Shown here: positions 1-10,630 of the stretch, in pieces | Numbering within the stretch: position 1 is the first letter of the stretch | Layout: each line of letters begins with the position of its first letter | Assembly: GCA_008632985.1 (NCBI GenBank) | Contig: QPGO01000171.1 | Span: 1-64,000, forward strand | From: Psammoneis japonica | Taxonomy: Eukaryota | DNA length: 64,000 nt | Reading direction: 5' to 3' | Translations under genes and position numbers: made by a program | Notes under the pieces: generated by a model | The model's input: the letters and a program-made list of their open reading frames with translations, nothing else | Told to the model about the DNA's origin: nothing | Database searches by the model: none

Positions 1-1485
1 TGCATGGAGAATGGGGTGGATGGTCATGGTTCAAACAGCTGCTCAGCTGCTTCTCATCAACAAAAAACTGCAACAGAGAACCACAATCAGCAGACTCATG
101 TCCACTGATCCATGAAGATGCCCACATTGGAAATTCGACTTGTGTTCTAAGTTGCACCACACTTTGTTCCATTTCGAAATGTGTGCCACTGTCAAGGTTT
201 TCTAATCAGGAGGAAGGTCTGGCATCTGATTTTGTTTGCAAGATGTCCACAACCATGCCACCATCTTGCCTTTCAAGAATGCCAAAGGGGCAAAAGAGTG
301 GGTGCAGCAGAAGGTGAAAGAGGCCAAGGACAGGAGGCATCCACTGAACTCATTCAACATGGTTGCATGGTTTTGATGGAACACTGTGCTGCCCCAAAGA
401 GCAAAGGGGTTGCAGAGTTTGTGAGGGAGTTCAAGGGCAGGCAGTGCACTCCACTCATCTGAACCTTTGCTCCTGCATCTCTAAGCCAGGTGACTGGAAC
501 ATTGCAAGTGGTGACACCCCCCATTCTCTCATGAGACATGCAGTGACTCCACAAGGGGGCAGGTCAAGGAGTGCAAGACACAATGAATCTCAGACATGGC
601 AACAATGACCTGCAGAGCAGTTTGGAAAAATGCAATCAAGGGATGAGGGACATCTTCATCATGGGACCCCACAAATGCAGAGGGACCCGCAACCCAGAAA
701 TGTTTGGAGTTCTACGTGAATGCATGGGGGCTGTTCACGCAGGTTTTGCACCAGAGCCATCTTGCAAACCAGGCATTTTTTCAAATTGTCATCATGGAAA
801 CTGTGCCAGTTTTGTGCATGCAAGCCACACATTTCAGCACCACATGCAAAAATTTGTGTGGACCTCCACAGGAGGGTCCCCTCCACATTTGTGGGGTCCC
901 ATGATGAATCTGCAAGTTGAGACATGTCAGACAAAGCCAGGCCAAAATGGTGTGAATTGGCCAACTGCAGAGGCCCAACAACCAACCCCTTCACATGTGC
1001 TCAGGTTTTTCCTTGCTTCCATGGTGACCGGAAGAAAATGCACAGAGGTTGTTCTGATTTGATGGCTCACAATCACTCACATCCAGGAAGGGTTAGATGT
1101 GACACAGAGCTTCAATCATTTGAAAATGTTTGGAGGTCCCATTGAATGTGCACATCCAGTTTTTGTCCACAGGTGTGCACATGGGGCAATGGTGTGACAG
1201 AATGCAACCCAGCAGACAGGAGAGGGGAGCAAGGCACAATGTCAACAGTTGCAGCAATGGATCATTTGGATTTCATCTCCAAAGCTGACACTTTAGACTT
1301 GAGAGTTGCCAGGGTGGGGTGATTGGCATTGGTGGTTTTCTCCACAGCCATCAACCTCACTTGCAAACTCATGATGGGGCTTGCATTCATTGTTTTCTGA
1401 AGCAAGATGCTGTTGATGGAAAGGTTGTTTTTGAAGTCATGGGCGGGGCAGTTTTGCCCCACCTCATGACTCTTGAGCAAGTTGG

Positions 1486-1774
1486 TTGAGGACAGCACAC
1501 CACCATCCCACACTTCAAATTGCACAAGCAGCACACTGCCCTCTTGGTTTTTTTTCATTCCACCATGTTGGTGAGGTGATTGCCTGTGGTTTCCTTGAGC
1601 TCCACTTTGTTGAAGGCTCCTGCAACCTTGCTGACATTTTCAGCAAGCACAGGGTTGATGCTCCCAGATCTGGAGCCTTCTCCATCCTCTCTTGTTCTGG
1701 AACTTTGATCCTGAGGTTTTGGGCCAATCTGATTTTGAATCTGTTTCTGTGGCTCCTTCAAGCAAAAAAGGGAG
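1486..1774 (+). pseudogene. 3' end (RNase H) of a degenerate Copia/CoDi-like pol, 5'-truncated, ending in the PPT
   Basis: Translation ...SFHHVGEVIACGFLELHFVEGSCNLADIFSKH aligns with SFHRVREAIASGFLEFHFIEGSRNPADILSKN at 28360-28460; purine run AAAAAAGGGAG directly precedes TGACAGG at 1775. Confidence 0.85.
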
Positions 1775-2298
1775 TGACAGGATTTGAGCAGGATTTCATT
1801 TGTGTGTGATTTGCCCCATGCTGTGTTTGTTTGTTGCACACAGACATGTGTGTTCTTGGTTCCACACTGTTGCATGATGCAGTTTTGTGATTGAACCACA
1901 TGCATCACAAGAATTGTGACAGCAGTGCTGATTCTATGATGCAACATGTCTTTCTTGGCTCCTGTGGCAGTTTTTGCACAGAGACATCTGCCACACAAAT
2001 TGGGTGTCGCCACTTGCAGCGAGAATGGCAGTGGCGGTTTGTCTGCACGGTGATTTCTGCACATGTTTTGCACTTTCATCTGTTCTCACCACCTCCAGCC
2101 CAATCCATCCAATTGGAATCAGGTTGGTTGGGTTTGGGCTGGAGGTGGTGGGGACAGATGAAAGTGCAAAACATGCACAGAAATCACTGCACAGACAGAC
2201 TGCCACTGTGATTCTAGCTGTAAGTGGCCACACCCAAAATGGCAGCAAGGAGTCATTGTTTTCTCCCAAAACTGAATTTTCTTCATTGTTTTCTGTCA
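1775..2298 (+). mobile_element. 3' LTR of a Copia element (relative of the 10365/28584 LTRs) interrupted by a foldback insertion
   Basis: Starts TGACAGGATTTGA and ends TTCTGTCA, like LTRs 10365-10613, 28584-28828 and 44482-44726. Confidence 0.8.
2002..2235. mobile_element. ~234-bp MITE/foldback element with ~100-bp inverted arms
   Basis: GGGTGTCGCCACTTGCAGC...ACCACCTCCAGCCCAA (2002-2103) is the near reverse complement of TTGGGCTGGAGGTGGT...TAAGTGGCCACACCC (2134-2235); absent from the other LTR copies. Confidence 0.8.
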
Positions 2299-4141
2299 TT
2301 TTCCCAACAAGTCATCTGCCCACTCAAAAGAATGTCACAGTTGACCACAGAACACTGTGCACCCCTGCTGCAAAATGTCTCACAGATGTTGGACAGATGA
2401 AGCACCTGGGTTGCATGCAGGCTGTGTGCCTCAGTTCCAGAAATTGTCAAACCCTCCACAACATGTCCCACAGAAAACACACCAGAAAACATGCTGATCA
2501 CATGATGATTGATTGCATCATCTCATTGAAGCCAGTGCCCCCTGCACCACCATCAAACAGCTGTTGTCAAACTTGTCGCTGAAGCACAAAGGGAAGGAAT
2601 TGGTGGTCATTTCATTTAACTTCATGATCAAGCAAAGACTGGGCAAGTGCAAAATTGTCCCTTTTTTGGTTGGTGCTGACATGTGTCATTGATTTTCACT
2701 GTCCACTCCCCTCTGTTGCACCTTGCAAGCAATGACATGGAAAAGTGTGTGTCTTTTCATTGCATCTTGCAAAGGCACGGTCTTTCTCGTGACAGAACCA
2801 CTCTCTGTCATGAGTCCATGCATTGGCTGTCTTTGTGCACATGCTCACACACATCCAAAGGTCTCCTGTGGTGACCCAGGGTGTGTGAAGCATGTGCAGT
2901 GCAGTCGACACACAGACTCATGATGGAAAGTGTGAACAGAACCATCGTTTTAGTGTTTGTCACAAAATCACTTTTTGTTTTTTGCACGAGATGTGCTCAC
3001 TCACAGACTGTCCTCTTTCTCATTGTCATGCAGGTTTTTAGTCTAAATAACACCTTGGTGTTGTTTTTTGGTGCCTGTGTGAGAAGTGGTTGGACCACAG
3101 CCTTGAGATTCTTGGCAAATGCAACACCGGCGGGCTCACATTTGGCAGAGGGATGACACTTTTTGTGCTCTTTGAGATTTCCACATGGTTGCATCACCGT
3201 GGGGCACATTGGGTGCACAGGCAAGACAATGTGAGCATCTTGCTTTTACAAAGATTGTTGACTCACCCAATGGTCATGCTTCATGCAGGATTCAGCACAA
3301 AGAATGTAATTTTGCTGCCCTGCCGTTTGTCAAAAGATGTGTCACAGTCAAGCTGTGCCAAGCACTTGCACCTGTCAACGTGAGCTCAACTGACATGACT
3401 GCGAATGGAGATGATGTCACAGCAACAACAAAATGGGGATGCCTTTGACAGCAACCGCATGATCAACACCATTGTTCAGATTGTGCATTGCTCATCACGA
3501 TCGGTCGCGATAGCGTCGTGCACACTCAATACACTCTCTTGAGCCTACCTGGTATAATACGTAGAATTCTACGGTATGATAGTTACACGATGAACCTCAA
3601 GCTAGCGGATGGACCAATAATGTGCGCCACCTCTGTCGCCTCTGCCTCCGTGGAGACACTGATCGAAAACCGAAAATGCCATGGTCCATGGTCCGTTGGC
3701 GGAGTTTATTGTTGGGTCGAGCAAGGGATGATACCAAGTTTTTGGAGCTTTCTGTGGCCACTTTCTGTGTTCATTTTATGCGTGAAAATGCACCAAGACT
3801 CACTGACAGACTGGACGAGAGAACGAGAAGCTTTGTGGAACCTACTGGCACCACCAGACCACCGATTGGTCATGTTTCCCCTTCCCTCTCTTACATGACT
3901 CCTGATCATCATTTCAGTGAGAATATCCAAATTAGAGACTTCGCCAGTGGTTGAGAGTTAAGAAAGCCAGGCAAGCAAAACTGTGTAGAAACCATTCTGC
4001 GAATCACTGCTGAAACACTAAACGTAAAGTTTTGGAGGAAAGACACATCATGTCGCTGGTGGGATTGATTTACTTGCTGCCACAATTCTCCGGCAATCAG
4101 GAAGCAACCAATAGAAGAAAAGACAAGGCGAACCTTTCAAC

Positions 4142-6205
4142 ATGAAAGGGTATCAAAAGGAACGATTTCTTCAACCGGTTGAGCGATATCTCTTTTTTTG
4201 TAATGCGACTCATGACGCCACAGCTCCTCAATCGTTCATGTCTGGAGTGAACGCATCTTTTCTCGGTCCCTTATCTCCAACAAATACCAACTATCCGCTA
4301 CAATGTGATGGCACTGGAGTCAGGTCAAATCTCAGTCCGCAGGGCGTAATGCCTGCATCTTTTCTGGAGTCACATGAAAGCTTGCATTTGCTGAAGCATC
4401 ATTTCTCTCAAGTAAACGCAACCGGTCTTTCTTTTGAATTGTGGATAACCCCGGACACTCATGACAAACCAAGTGTGCTGAACCCTTCCTCCGCTGAGAC
4501 AAACCCTGTGTTTACGATTGCTGGAAAAAGTAGTTTGCTTCCGCCGTACAATTGCGATGGATATGAAGTCCTGTTAGCACGAAGGGGTCCTGTCCTGCAG
4601 CTGACCTATTCTGTAGGTGATGCTTTTCATAGCTGCCGTCACCTTACCACTAGTAGCATGTCTCAACGGGTGTCATCGGCGCTAACTCATGTGATTGTAT
4701 CATTGAGTGATAGGTAGGTTTGTTGGTTGCGTGCGCGTCGCAGAAGCTCGTCCCTCTAGGCCTAACACGCACCTATGCTGTGTCTATAACAGAGAAACAA
4801 CAGTCGCAGTGAACGGAATACCTTTCACAGCAGAATCGCAGACCGATCGTTTCGACTTAACTCTTCGGCACTATGGCTCACATGACACGTTACAGATTCT
4901 CCCGGGTCCCAAGCCATTTCAGGGTGTTGTCCACTCGTTTGCGTTGTATGACACTTACATATCTGCGGCAGAAGCTGAGGCTAGATTTGTTCTCGGAACT
5001 GACTCGGACGTACCGGGACCGCTTGCGAGACAGCTTCGTGCCATTCCTTCGAGCAATTACACCCTAGTTCAAGGTCGCACCAGTGAAGGAGCCATTTGGT
5101 TAAGAGGGGAAAGTGTGCCCAAGTACACGGGTCCATTATCTGTTGAGATTCTCTCTCTCCCCAACCACGGTTTCCTGTTTCCTTTGGACGAGATGCGTAC
5201 TCTTACCGTCGGTTCAATCCTTGAACTCGACCGGAGCACGCTGCGGGTACCAATCCTCTATTCATCATTTTCCTTGGACTATTTTAATGCTCCACCCGTA
5301 TCAGCGAAAGGAGCCAATCTGAGGATATCGCCGGAATCATTCATGTTTCGTGTAGTCGCCCCTCATCCCGAAACAGGAATTAATCTTATGGTATCGAAAC
5401 CCGCGTCCCAACAGATCCGGGTGCTCAACATGAACCATAGACCAGTTCTTACAGCTCCTCACCGTCTTGTGTTCGAGTCTACGAGCTCATATGATGGAGC
5501 ACGCACGACGATTTCTCATATATCTTTGGCCGACAAAGACAGAAACGTAGACAAAGTAAGGGTTGACTTATTTGTCCGGAATGGCACATTAAGCCTTGAT
5601 GAACATTACCTTCATCTTGCAGACTTCCGCAGTTGCCTAGATCGACCCTTCGGGACATGGGAATGTCATGGAAACACTGCTAATGTTCGGTCGGTAAGTT
5701 CCCCCGCCGCTCAAAGTTCGTTTAATTTCGATTGTATTCACAGATTTGAGCATTCTTTCTTGTGTGCGTAATTTTTAAGATGACATTCCTTGCCGTTCCA
5801 GAAGATGTAAACTTTATTCTTCGAGATATGCAGTATCTTAGCTTCCCCGGTATATCGCAAGACGAACTGGTCGTGCGTGCATATGATGGTGTTGGTGGCG
5901 AGTGCCTGGCCCAGTTTGAGCTCTCGAGCTTTGAGGATGAGTTTGGAAATTCATACGCACCCGTACAAAGCGGCTGCCATGAAGTTCACGCTAGCATTGA
6001 AATTACAGTCAATCGCATTGTTGATCAAGCAAGTTCTTTCTACCTTGCCCAGTTTTTCTTCGTATGCGCGGCACTCGGTCTGTTTCTTATTGTCGGGTTA
6101 TTTCTCTTTAGGTGCTGCTTGAGCAAAATGTCACGGTGTCGAAAGACGCTTGCTGCGTTGGCGGCGTCTACTCAAGTGTGCAGTGGTTGTAGCTCTGAAG
6201 AATAA
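4142..6205 (+). CDS. Putative single-pass membrane protein with LamG/concanavalin-A-like and cadherin/Ig-like extracellular regions; exons 4142-4713, 4793-5693, 5780-6205 (true start may lie upstream)
   Basis: Three ORFs join in frame through GT-AG introns 4714-4792 (GTAGGT...CTAAC...AACAG) and 5694-5779 (GTAAGT...TTTTAAG). LamG-like motifs SFELWITP, THVIVS and FQGVVHSFALYD; cadherin-like linker VLNMNHRPVL; C-terminal TM FFFVCAALGLFLIVGLFLF followed by a basic/Cys tail. Normal CpG/TpA content. Confidence 0.75.
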
Positions 6206-7299
6206 AATTTGGAAAATATTGTTTCACTGCCGTAACTGGTGCTTTTTATCCTTTCTACATGGCAATCAAAATTGTGTTGGTCACCAGTCCCAAGTCTCGT
6301 GCAAATTTGTTGTTTGATTCGAGGCACGACCAGCAGCAGTTTGATGCGGAAGTCGAGCCAGGTGTCAATCTGCTCCATTTCAGATCTTTGCATCTTTTTC
6401 TTCAATCTTCTCTGCACTTTGATCCCGAGTCAAATTCTCAAACGTCCCTCACACGCTCTTTTGGGAAAAATCCTTCTTGCGAAGCATTGTGGTGACATGC
6501 CATCATTCTCTCCGTCACAAGCACCAGAAAAATGCGTTCTCCACGCAAAGTCCAGTGGTCCAGTGCTTCTGCCCCACCAGTCATGGTCTTGAAAATGCCA
6601 GCACTTTGTTCTTGCTCACTTTTTGGGTGTTTTTCACCTTTTACGTTTTGACAAAGCACACTGCCGTTTCACAATCACAAGGGTTTCTTCTTAATGCTTC
6701 TCACAGTGCCAACCAAGCAACATCTTAAAAGTGTTTTCATTTCCACTGACTGTGTGTTGGTGCAGAGGTCACTCCTGCCAGCAAAATGTGCTGGTGTGGT
6801 GTGCTGGGATCTGCATCAGGTCACGCTGTGATGACCTGCACAGTCTCACAGCTTCTAAGCAAAACATCACTGATTCTCTTTTGCACATGAGCATTCTGAC
6901 ATCACACTTGAGCATTTTCAACATGAGAACTTGTGTGCTCTGTTGTCACAATGGTGTTAAAATTATTGCAAACTTCTTTTGCATTTTTTGGGTTTCATTG
7001 GCCAAATGTTGTACAGGGTGCAGTGCCTTGGTTTCATCAGCCAAAGATTTTGCAGAGTGCAGTGCCATTTCTGCTCACAAACCACAACACAGCACTGGCC
7101 AGACCATGTCACTGTGCAATGCACAGCAACGGCTGTCTCCCAGCACCAGCATCGTCATGTGTTTTCTGACACCTCACTTGAGCCTTTTCAATGCAAGCTT
7201 GTGTGCTCTGTGGGCCGTGACAACATCAAAGCCATTGCAACACCTTGCGCATTTTTCAACCTCATCCTTTGAAGAGATCTGGTGAGTTTGTGGTGATGA

Positions 7300-10200
7300 T
7301 TCCACAGATGCAAAACTCAGCATGTGCGAGTGCTAATGACAACTGCCCCTGGCACCAATTGTGCATTTCCACCACTGCCAACCTCTCCAAGATTTGAGAT
7401 TGGTCCATCTGTTTCCATGTTTGCTCGCAAACAAGACCAAACAGCAAGCAAGATCTCCAAAGCTGCTGGTCTCTAAAATCACACCAACCACCCCAAACCA
7501 CGCTTCCAGCACCTGCCTCTAGCTCTTTTTGTGGGAATCTCCAACTCAAAGGGCCTTCAATGTCAGGCAACAACTTGCAGCTTTTCATCAAGCTTTTGGA
7601 ATTCCACCAAAAGTGGGCACCCCTGTGCAACATGTGAGCAGCACCAAGAAAATGCTCCCTGCAATGCCTCAACCAACAATGCAGAAATCATGTGTGAGGA
7701 GATTGGTGCAGAGGCACCAGCGAGTGTGCACATGGAAGACAGAGTGGAGCTCAAGTTTAGCTCAAACTCCAAGCCAGCTCCATCTGGATGCACATCCACA
7801 CTGTGAGAATGGATCAAGATCAAGCGTGACACCACCAACAATGCCCAGCAAGTGGAACATCTCACTGCAACAGATGGCAGAATGCAAGTCTTGGAATGGA
7901 GCCAAGAAGAAATGAAAATTTTCCAAGAAGTCCCAATCACTGAGGAAAGGCAAAACCTCTGAGTTGCTGTTTTGTTTTCAGAGACCAATGAGATGTTTGC
8001 AGACAGTCATCCTGGAAAATGACTGGGGGATACAGAACTCAAGTGGGACAGACTCAAGAAAAAACTCCAAGGCCCAATGTGGCAGAGCCTTGTGCAAAGC
8101 AGCTGCTCAGTGCCAACAACAACTGAGGATCCTGAGGTGATGGAAAACACTGCAGTTTGAGAACCTGGAACAACAGGACAGCTCCACCAACAATGTCATG
8201 AGAGAATGCAAGTTGGCTGTGGTCAAACGGCAGCCACAAAGAACGCTCCCACAGAGTCAAGCCACAAGCCCAGAGGAACAAAGAAAGAGCACAGAGACTC
8301 AACCAGATGATGTGGACACTTGTGCACAATTTCAAGTGCCCAGCTCTGCCCCTGTGACACAAAGAAAACACATGGTGCAAAAGCCCATTTACAATGAAAG
8401 TGCAGGGCTTGCATCCACTTTGCATGCAAAAGTGAGATCCATTTGGTTGGGACAAATGAAAATGGCAACACATCAAGATGGCAGAAAGACTCAAGCTGTC
8501 ACACAATGACATGGTGCTGGATCATCTGGTGGTGACACCACCAAAACAAGTGGTTGGCGCACAGTGTTGCACAGATTGATCTTGGCCAACAGCATGCACA
8601 GCTGAGGGTGCAAAAGAGGTCTCACCTGCCGGGAATGCCAACCAAACAGAGAGATCCTCCTGTTGACACTCCGGCTGATCCCAGCATGGGAACTGAACAG
8701 CACAGCAACTCTTCCATTGCCATTGAACAGCAAATTGCAAGAGGCCTCACAACAGGACCCAGATGGAAAACTGTGCATCAATGCATTAGCAGCAGGCACC
8801 ACTCTCAAAAGGTCAAAGCTGTCAAACCCAGAATTCAGCAAAGAGCTCTCCAGATCAAATGACTTGGAACCAAGGAAAGCATCCTGCATGGTTCCAAAGG
8901 CAAGAAACAAAGCCTGTTCAGGCAGGTTCAAACAAGATTGAGCCCAAGATGACACAAGCAAACCATCTTCTCTGCCTTGTGCAGGATGCTCAAGCTGCAA
9001 AAGACCTGCTGGAAGATCACAGCCAGATTCTCACAAATGGACACTGGGATGTGTGGCATGCCAGGTGGTCAATGTTGCCAGCCATGAAGCACAACAAATC
9101 CTGAAGACCACAGCCAATGCCCCATTTTACATTGCAATGTTGGGTGCATGGCAAGTGGCAACTTGGCTGCAAAAAAAAAGAAGTTGGTGATGAAGATCCC
9201 TGCATCCACGCTGGAATGATGCCAATGCTGAGAGTCAATGCATTGGCATGCTGGAACTCAATGACCTTTGTCAACTTCTGCACATTAGAAGATGCAGCAC
9301 AAGGCCATGCCTTCAACTCTTGCACTCTGTGAAACCACCAATGGCACTGACAATTGTGTTGCAACTTTGGAGCACCCAGTGGTCAATTGCCCCCTGTGGA
9401 ACACATTGGGAATTGTCGACTTTGGCAGATGTTCAAAGGTGGCACCAGAAAACAAGTTCACCTGACACAAGACTGAGGATGCACACCCCACATTCCAAAT
9501 GTGCAGCAACAATGATGGCAACAGCAGTGCCAATGACAACAGCCACATGAGCACCAATGGCACAACTGTCAGCAACAACAGTGTGTGGAATGCTGATTGA
9601 CATGATGAAAATGCCAATGAAGCCTCAGCAGACATGCAAACAGATGACAGCATTGCAAATGCCACACCATCAATGAGCAGACCATCAGAGGCAGCTGCCA
9701 GCCCCCACCTGACAACAAAGAGGCACCTGCCAAACACACCAATGATGCAATTCCAGGACAACAGAGTGGAAGGAAATGCCTTCCTTTGAAACTGTCAAGC
9801 AATGACAGTGCCAACAAACATGAATGCATGGACAACAGGTCCACACAAGAGACCCTGTGGAACAAGGTGCAAGAGCCTTGCAACAAGTTGTTCTTCATCA
9901 GCCACTCGTCCAAACAAGGAGCCACTCCCTGCTGCAAGCATTTTGTCCAAGTAGATCTTCTTGTCAATGCACCCCCAAAATGGCAAAACATTTTGGACAG
10001 CATTGTGTGGTGTCATGCTTTTGGCATCAATGGAACAGCACCACAAGGAAAGTGTGAAAAACTGCTGTTTATGGCCCAAAGTGCACAAGCTGCATGCTCA
10101 CAACACCCTGGGACCCACAATGCAAGTCAAGCAAGGAAAGACAAAAGCTTTGCCTGTGTGGATGAAATCAACCTGACAAAGCATGGCATCCTGGGATCTT

Positions 10201-10364
10201 TTGACTTTGCACCACCAATGGACCATTGGCAGAAAAGCCATCAGATTGGTGATGAACATTGGTGGGAGCTGCAAGCACTCAACTGTGACACACCATGTTC
10301 CCATGACGTGATGGGCAAAAATCAAACAATCTCAAACATCAGCAACCATGATGTGAAGCTGTCA
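7300..10364 (+). pseudogene. Heavily decayed probable LTR-retrotransposon coding remnant
   Basis: 9850-10290 translates to KLFFISH...VQVDL...DEINLTKHGILGSFDF...HQIGDEHWWEL, resembling the post-integrase region at 36830-37290; boundaries approximate. Confidence 0.35.
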
Positions 10365-10613
10365 TGACAGGATTTGAACAAGATTTTAGTTTGTCACACA
10401 CAATTGTGTGTGCTCTTAGTTCTGCACACGTTGTGCATGCGATGCAGTTTGCTTTCGAGCCACATGGCTCACAAGAACAATGACAGCAGCACCGCTGTCA
10501 CGACACCAGTCTTTCGGCTCCTGTGACTGTCTCTGCACAGAGACTCATCTGCCATTTAGACAGCAGCAAGGAGTTGTTGTTTTCTTCCACCCAGTCATCT
10601 TCAATTTCTGTCA
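10365..10613 (+). repeat. 5' LTR of the Copia element
   Basis: ~245-bp direct repeat of 28584-28828 with 6-bp terminal inverted repeats TGACAG/CTGTCA. Confidence 0.92.
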
Positions 10614-10630
10614 GATTAACAGTCTCACTC
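10614..10630 (+). promoter_or_regulatory. Putative primer-binding site complementary to a tRNA-Asn(GTT) anticodon arm
   Basis: GATTAACAGTCT follows the LTR immediately; its reverse complement AGACTGTTAATC is an Asn anticodon stem-loop; the same 12-mer abuts the LTR at 44470-44481. Confidence 0.55.

Noticed and set aside
1..1480. Possible decayed coding or transposase sequence (also 2600-3480, 28830-29950, 44730-47370, 53500-55000)
   Set aside because: Clearly TA/CG-depleted and so probably repeat-derived, but no family motif could be recognised with confidence.
3488..3954. Independent genes for the 136-aa and 110-aa ORFs
   Set aside because: No recognisable domain and overlapping frames; at most 5' exons of the downstream gene.
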